DNA from: Eledone cirrhosa
Taxonomy: Eukaryota
Direction of reading: 5' to 3'
Assembly (NCBI GenBank): GCA_964016885.1
Contig: OZ024754.1
Coordinates: 14,384,001 to 14,448,000, forward strand
DNA: 64,000 nt
Shown here: piece by piece, positions 56,450 through 64,000 of the stretch
Layout of the letters: each line of letters opens with the position of its first letter
How positions within the stretch are numbered: the first letter of the stretch is position 1
Notes under the pieces: model-generated
What the model was told of the DNA's origin: nothing
The model's input: the letters and a program-made list of their open reading frames with translations, nothing else
The model's database searches: none
Translations under genes and position numbers: made by a program

Positions 56450-57075
56450 TAATTGTTTATATTTTGGTAGAAAGCTAGCAATTACCCCAGTGGATTAATG
56501 GTACTTTATTTTATCGACCCCGTAAGGATGAAAGGCAAAGTTAACCTCGGCGGGATTTGAACTCAGAATGGCAAGGGCCGTAACTCTATGCTGCAAAGCA
56601 TGGCGTCAAACCCTCTACCTATACTGCCAATCCACCACCCCTCGATAAAAATAATGGTTTCTTATATAGGTACAAGGCCAGTAATTTGGGGGGTGGAGGG
56701 GAAAGTCGATTAAATCGACCCCAGTGCGTGACTGGTACTTTATTTTATCGACCCCATAAGGATGAAAGGTAAAGTTAACCTCGGCGGGATTTGAACTCAG
56801 CTCATAAAGAGCCGTAAATCTATGCTGGAAAGCATGGCGTCCGACCCTCTACCGATACTGCCAATCCACTACCCCTCGATAAAAATAATTGTTTCTACTT
56901 TAGGCACAAGGCCAGCAATTACCCAGTGCATTACTGGTACTTTATTTTATCGACCCCGTAAGGATGAAAGGCAAAGTCAACCTCGGCGGGATTTGAACTC
57001 AGATCGTAAAGGGACGTAACTATGCTGGAAAGCATGGCGTCCGACCCTCTACCGATACTGCCAATCCACCGCCCT
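56450..57075 (-). mobile_element. Three tandem SINEs
   Basis: SINE core present three times on the minus strand. Confidence 0.88.
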
Positions 57076-58299
57076 CATAAAAATAATACCAGTAAGATAT
57101 TCTCTCACATCCTTCCTATCACTCTCTTCCTTCCTATTACCCCCCCCCTCTCTCTTCCTTTCTATCACTAGTGGTGGAAGTTCAAAATACTATTGGTGAT
57201 GATGAATGTGGTGGTGGTGGTGGTGGTGGTGGTGGTGGTTGTGGTTGTGGCGGTAGTGTAGGCTTCATGAGGGTGGTGGTGGTAGTGAAGTCTTCATGGG
57301 GGTGATGGTGGTGGTAGTGAAGGCTTCATGGGGGTGGTGGTGGTGGTGAAGGCTTTTTGAGGGTGGTGGTGGTGGTGGTGGTGGTAGTGAAAGCGCTTCA
57401 TGGGGGTGGTGGTGGTGGTGGTACAAGTGATGGTGATGGTGGTGGTGGTGTAGGGTTCAAAATCGAGATGGTGGTGATGGTGGTGATGGTGGTGGTGGTG
57501 GTGGTGGTGGTGGTGGTGGCGGTCTAGGGTTCAAGAACGAGATGGTGGTGGTTGTGGTACAAGTGGTGGTGGTGGTGGTAGTGGTGAAAGCTGCAAGATG
57601 GTGGTGGTGAAGGCCTCAAGAGGGTGGAAGACTCCAGTAGGGTTGATGATGTTGATGCGCTGATGATAATAGGGAGGGTAGCGGAGTGTTTATTTGGGTG
57701 GAATAGTAAGTAATGGAGTTTCATTTTAGTTTCTATTTCTTTCAACTGGAATCATCTGTGAATTGGGCGTATAAATCACGTGCTCCCAGGGATGAAGCCC
57801 TCGCCGCCCTCAGCACCCTGGCCCCACCTCCAATATATCCAATTAGTTACAAATTGTTGACCATGCGGAAACGGACAACTCTAAATAACAAGAGCAACAA
57901 CAAACCGAGATAACAGCACCACCATATAATGGAACTTCTAAACAGTCACTCGACCTGCTAGAAATAGCAATCAGTTCTTCCCCAAATAACACACACACTA
58001 AAGTGTTTCAAATAAATTGGGAGATACGCGTCGGATATGTGGTCCTAGATGCAATCAATGGAAGAAAGATGGGATGGTCACGATTGGAAAGACGTTGATA
58101 ATAGGACTGCTTCATCAAGGCTGAAGATTGCATGGATTAATAATCTTATGGCTTTTGTCAGTATTATCTATATGTGATCTCTTGGAATATTTTCCATTAG
58201 AAGAGTAGTCCTTGACAATAAACAGGTTCCTTAAAGAAATATGAAATAAATGGCAAACAATTCTGCAGATAAAAAAGAAAAGAGACAGAGTAACATTAC

Positions 58300-58644
58300 T
58301 TGATAAAGTGCGGAGCTCAGAGATCAGAGAGTCACTCCAGGTGGAGCCACTACTTCTCCGAATTGAGAGATCACAGCTCCGATACTATGGACATGTGGTT
58401 AGAATGTCCCAAGAAAGAATCACTGGACAGATTTTACGGGCAAAACCAACAGGTAGGAAACCCAGGGGTAGGTCCCGAGCAAGATGGTTGGATAACATCC
58501 ATGAGCTTGGCTGGTTTCGCTTGGGGATCCAACCGGAACAGTTGGAGAGGGTTGCTTCTGACAGGACTCGCTGGAGAGAGTGTTTGAGGACTCTTCCCCC
58601 ACGACCTTCTCAGGAATAAGTGGGCGAAGAAGAAGAAGAAGAAG

Positions 58645-58673
<29 letters not shown>
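58300..58673 (+). mobile_element. RTE-group LINE 3' end with (GAA)n tail
   Basis: Translates as LDKVRSSEIRESLQVEPLLLRIERSQLRYYGHVVRM..GRKPRGRSRARWLD, followed by the stop and (GAA)n. Confidence 0.88.
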
Positions 58674-58675
<2 letters not shown>

Positions 58676-59324
58676 CTAAACGACTCTGCCAACTTACCGA
58701 TAATATATAGGCACAAGTCAATCAATATTTTTGGAGATAGGTAAAGTCAATTAAATCAACGCCAGTACATGACTGGTGCTTATTTTATCGACTCTAGATA
58801 GATAAAACGTAGGCGAGATTTGAACTGAGAGTTCTATTGTAGGCCACGAAACACGCCAAACCTACTGCTACTATCGATCTTGTTATTCTAATAATATAAA
58901 TCATTTCTTTATGAGCCACAAGAATAACAAAGAAATAACACCTCGGTGTTATTGAGGACAATACTAAACGAATGAACGTATGGGTGTGTTAGATTGTAAG
59001 AGGGAGAGAGAGGAGGAGAGAGAGGAGAGAGAGAGAGGGGGGTATGTATGTATATCTATACGTATATATATCTCTCTCTCTATATATATATATATTCATA
59101 TTCATAAATATATGTAAATTTCTGTTTGTTTGTCCCACTTCTCTCTTCTCTCTCTCTGACCCTCAGCAGACAACTGACGAAGGAAAACTTTCTCCCGTTC
59201 TTGCTTTCCTCTTTTTATAAGTACACCTTATCCAGAAACTACACAGCCCCTGTTTATTTCTTATATATATGTGTCCAGAAATAGCCGTCGAAACGGCTTG
59301 AGCTCTGCCGTCGGGGTCATACTT

Positions 59325-59364
<40 letters not shown>

Positions 59365-59367
<3 letters not shown>

Positions 59368-59720
59368 AAGGTTAAACAAGGTTCAATGAATAAATCAAAG
59401 AATGAGTTTTACAATAGATTGGAAGCACTCAACTGTTTGGTTTTCCGGAGTTATTAATATTAATTCAAAATATTAACAAAAAGAGACATTCGTGTGATCA
59501 AGTATATTTTATTATACATATTTCAGAGGTACTGAGCTATCTTCAACAGTACGTCCTCATCAGATAAAATAAGATGATGCATGACATACCCTGACATAGT
59601 AGATGGTTAAGATTCAGTCATGACTGAATCTGTTGAAGATAGCTCAGTACCTCTGAAATATGTATAATAAAATATACTTGATCACACGAATGTCTCTTTT
59701 TGTTAATATTTTGAATTAAT
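59365..59720 (-). mobile_element. Solo family D pLTR fold-back with hammerhead at 59505-59571
   Basis: Terminus and hammerhead match 46944-47152. It folds back at the palindrome GATTCAGTCATGACTGAATC (59611-59630). Confidence 0.75.
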
Positions 59721-59737
59721 ATATATATATATATATA

Positions 59738-61045
59738 AATTTCAGGTTATCAATAATGTAGTGATAATATATCGTCACGTTAGAGATGAACAGCGTACGT
59801 GTAGGTTTGCTCAACGAGTATTAATTATATTCCGGAGAAAATGTAGAAAAGATGAATATAAAGTGAAAGTGCTTTTTTAAAAAGGAATTTATTAGGTATT
59901 GACATATGTTTCTGTAACAGACGGAATACCTATGTATCGCAGCTTGCGTAATCATATAATGTTAGCAAGTATTCGATAGCAAATGTATAATCAGTTGTCA
60001 CTTCTTCAGAGATATTGGATAAATTGGAAAAAATCAGAAAAATTGAAGTATTTATATTAGTTGTAAGAAAGGAAGAGAGGGGATAGTATATGACAGATGG
60101 CAATTCAATTTACTGGTAAACAAGTATATAAAAGGTTTCTAATGAGAATACAATGAGTATATGGTTCATTTTATCTAAATAAGAATTTTTGGGAGTGCCT
60201 ATTTTAATTTATACTTGACCAATTGAACAAATTAACCTAAAATGGGATATAATAGCGTCTGCCCCTCCACACCCACGGACAGGAATTTTGTAAATTGTGT
60301 AATATGGAATTATTTTGTATTATGAAATCCAAAAATATTTTATTAAATAACAGAATAGAGCGATCGTTATACTGTAACCATCGCTTGAAATCTACATTTT
60401 CATATTACAAACACTACCAGGGTTGAACGCCTATCTCCATCTCCGTTTGATTTACATATTAACATTCTCTATTAGTCTTAATTCTATCAACTCTTCTATT
60501 CTTTACCATTTGATATAAACTGCTATAGATAAAATGAGATTTCTTAATTCAATTCCCTAATGCATATACCAGCAGGCTACCAGCATTGTTGTTATTCAGT
60601 AGCAGTGAAATCTCCCCCTTCCTTCATTGACACTTTATATCTATTAATACTACTACACCAAACGACCAGCCCTGTCCATTGTTCAATTGGTCAAGTATAG
60701 ATTAAAATAGGCACTCCCAAAAATTCTTATTTAGATAAAATAAACCATATACTCATTGTATTCTCATTAGAAACCCTTTATATACTTGTTTACCAGTAAA
60801 TTGAATTGCCATCTGTCATATACTATCCCCTCTCTTCCTTTCTTACAACTAATATAAATACTTCAATTTTTCTGATTTTTTCCAATTTATCCAATATCTC
60901 TGAAGAAGTGACAACTGATTATACATTTGCTATCGAATACTTGCTAACATTATATGATTACGCAAGCTGCGATACATAGGTATTCCGTCTGTTACAGAAA
61001 CATATGTCAATACCTAATAAATTCCTTTTTAAAAAAGCACTTTCA
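59738..61045 (-). mobile_element. Family E Penelope-like element with ~380-bp inverted arms, each carrying a large-stem-II hammerhead
   Basis: Arms at 59846-60230 and 60680-61044. CTGAAGA-A-GTGACA..TGTTAC-A-GAAA-CATATG-TC followed by AATAAA, at 60894-61021 (+) and 59888-60015 (-). Confidence 0.7.
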
Positions 61046-61060
61046 TTTTATATTCATCTT

Positions 61061-61133
<73 letters not shown>

Positions 61134-61160
61134 TGGACAGAGACAGAGAAAGAGAGAGAG

Positions 61161-61208
<48 letters not shown>

Positions 61209-61302
61209 TGTCTGCCTTTGTCTCTGTGTGTGTGTCTCTGTGTGTCTGTATCTGTGTGTCTGTATCTGTCTGCCTTTGTCTATGTGTGTGTGTGTGTTGT
61301 CC

Positions 61303-62222
61303 CAATCACCATCACCATCATCATCATCACAATCACCATCACCATCACAATCACCATCATCATCACAATCAGTACAACCATCATCATCATAATCACCATC
61401 ACCATCACCAACACCAATACAATCACCAACACCATCACCAACACCATCACCATCACCAACACCATCACCATCACCAACACGATTATAATCACCAACACCA
61501 TCACCATCACCAACACCATCACCATCACCAACACCATTACAATCACCAACACCATCACCATCACCAACACCATCACAATCACCAACGCGATCAACATCAT
61601 CAACACAATCACCAACACCATCACCATCACCATCACAACCACCATCACAATCACCATCACCATCACCAACACAACCACACCCACAACCACCATCACCATC
61701 ACCAACACAACCACACCCACCATCACCATCACCATCACCAACACAACCACACCCACCATCACCATCACCATCACCATCACCAACACAACCACACCCACCA
61801 TCACCATCACCATCACCAACACAACCACACCCACCATCACCATCACCATCACCAACACAACCACACCCACCATCACCATCACCATCACCAACATTATCAC
61901 CATCACCATCACCATCACAACCACCATCACAACCACCATCACAATCACCATCACAACCACAACCACCATCATCACCACCATCATCATCATCACCATCATC
62001 ATCACCATCACCATCACAATCACCATCACAACCACAACCACCATCATCACCACCATCATCATCATCACCACCATCACCATCACCATCATCACCATCACCA
62101 TCATCATCACAATCACCATCATCATCACAATCAGTACAACCATCATCATCATAATCACCATCATCTTCAAAATCACCAATACCAACGCCATTACAATCAC
62201 CATCACCATCACCATCACGATT
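61303..62222. repeat. (ACC/ATC)n trinucleotide repeat
   Basis: Low complexity. Confidence 0.92.
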
Positions 62223-62401
62223 ATTATCTTCCCAATCAATTTAATTACGAAATAGCCCCCCCCCCCCCCTCCTCCTCCACCCCAAAGCGATATATTTAGG
62301 CGAGACACATTAATAACTTAATAGTAATATAGCGAAGAAACGTGAATTTCTAGTTTTACTACAGTTATAGACAATGTTGGAAGTATTCATATCTATATAG
62401 G

Positions 62402-62432
<31 letters not shown>

Positions 62433-62445
62433 TTTTATATATATG

Positions 62446-62490
<45 letters not shown>

Positions 62491-62498
62491 GTGTATAT

Positions 62499-62596
<98 letters not shown>

Positions 62597-62677
62597 ATAT
62601 ACATACATACATATATATATATGTGTGTATATATACATACATATATATATGTGTATATATACATACATATATATATG

Positions 62678-62709
<32 letters not shown>

Positions 62710-62714
62710 CATAC

Positions 62715-63054
<340 letters not shown>

Positions 63055-63187
63055 TATATATATTATATATATATATATATATATTATATGACTTGGACTA
63101 TGCTCTACCAACGTATTGACTAGCTTTTTTTTAACTGTAGTGACCTCCACAAAACTTTTCGGGAATCCACCCCTAACACACACACGC

Positions 63188-63225
<38 letters not shown>

Positions 63226-63335
63226 TTTTCTTTAGAACTGCTGGACTAACAACCTAGTAGCTCCCTCAAGCACTGATGGTGATTACCGCTAAATATTGAT
63301 GTTGATTTGGTTATCAATATTAATATATATGGGCA

Positions 63336-63458
63336 CCCACTGAAGAATTATAAGAGCCCACTTGTATAAGTATCTGTTGATCTTATACAAGCTTCTACAT
63401 AAATTGGTATAATTTCACCCAACTTGTAGAAACCTTATAATGAAACGAGTCGTCTGGG
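63336..63458 (+). ncRNA. Type I hammerhead ribozyme with branched stem II
   Basis: CCCA-CTGAAGA-ATTATAAG-[two hairpins]-CTTATAAT-GAAA-CGA-G-TCG-TC-TGGG. The core is intact and the triplet is GUC. Confidence 0.82.
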
Positions 63459-63704
63459 AAGAGATATATTTGATATATCTCATATGAAATGATACAGCCA
63501 ATTCTCCACACAATACAATATAGTTACCACCCCAAACGTTTATTAGGAATATACTCAGCTATTTCCTAATATTTGTTGAGTGAGTTGGAATTTAGCCGGA
63601 GTATCGCTATTAGCTTTCTCCGATTATGTATTTATATATATATATGTATATATATATAAGTGAAAGGTGTAGAAAATATTGTAGCAAAAAGCCAGCAGTA
63701 TTCC

Positions 63705-63777
<73 letters not shown>

Positions 63778-63805
63778 GCATGTATATATACATATACATA
63801 CACTC

Positions 63806-63837
<32 letters not shown>

Positions 63838-63883
63838 AAAGTGACAGGAGGCTGGACTTGCGTAAATCCTTGAAAGGTTTATT

Positions 63884-63941
63884 ATACTATGATCATTTCA
63901 ATGACCGAGTTCCGTATGAATCCGGTGATATCATCAGGTAT
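63884..63941 (-). ncRNA. Type I hammerhead ribozyme
   Basis: Minus strand: ATAC-CTGATGA-TATCACCG..CGGTCATT-GAAA-TGATCA-TA-GTAT. Confidence 0.75.
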
Positions 63942-63962
63942 TCGAAATATAATAAATGAATG

Positions 63963-64000
<38 letters not shown>

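Overview
AT-rich, microsatellite-saturated animal DNA with no convincing host gene. The SINE families and the (TA)n/(CA)n load point to a coleoid cephalopod, probably an octopus; this is inference. Nearly all long ORFs in the track are translations of simple repeats. The window is a retroelement graveyard: Tx1-clade LINE fragments in (TATC)n or (ATT)n, RTE-clade LINE pieces, tandem tRNA-derived SINEs and minisatellites. Two signals stand out. (1) About ten sequence families of short, mostly (TA)n-embedded and often fold-back, Penelope-like or retrozyme-like elements carry type I hammerhead ribozymes (stem I-CUGANGA-stem II-GAAA-palindromic stem III-NUH-stem I'). Several have unusually large stem II insertions, and in some families the inversion breakpoint lies inside the ribozyme. 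(2) An RTE LINE copy (~8150-10325) has conserved codons hit by clustered A-to-G changes with ADAR-like context. It looks like an A-to-I hyper-edited RNA that was reverse transcribed back into the genome. All folds, alignments and coordinates were read by eye and are approximate.
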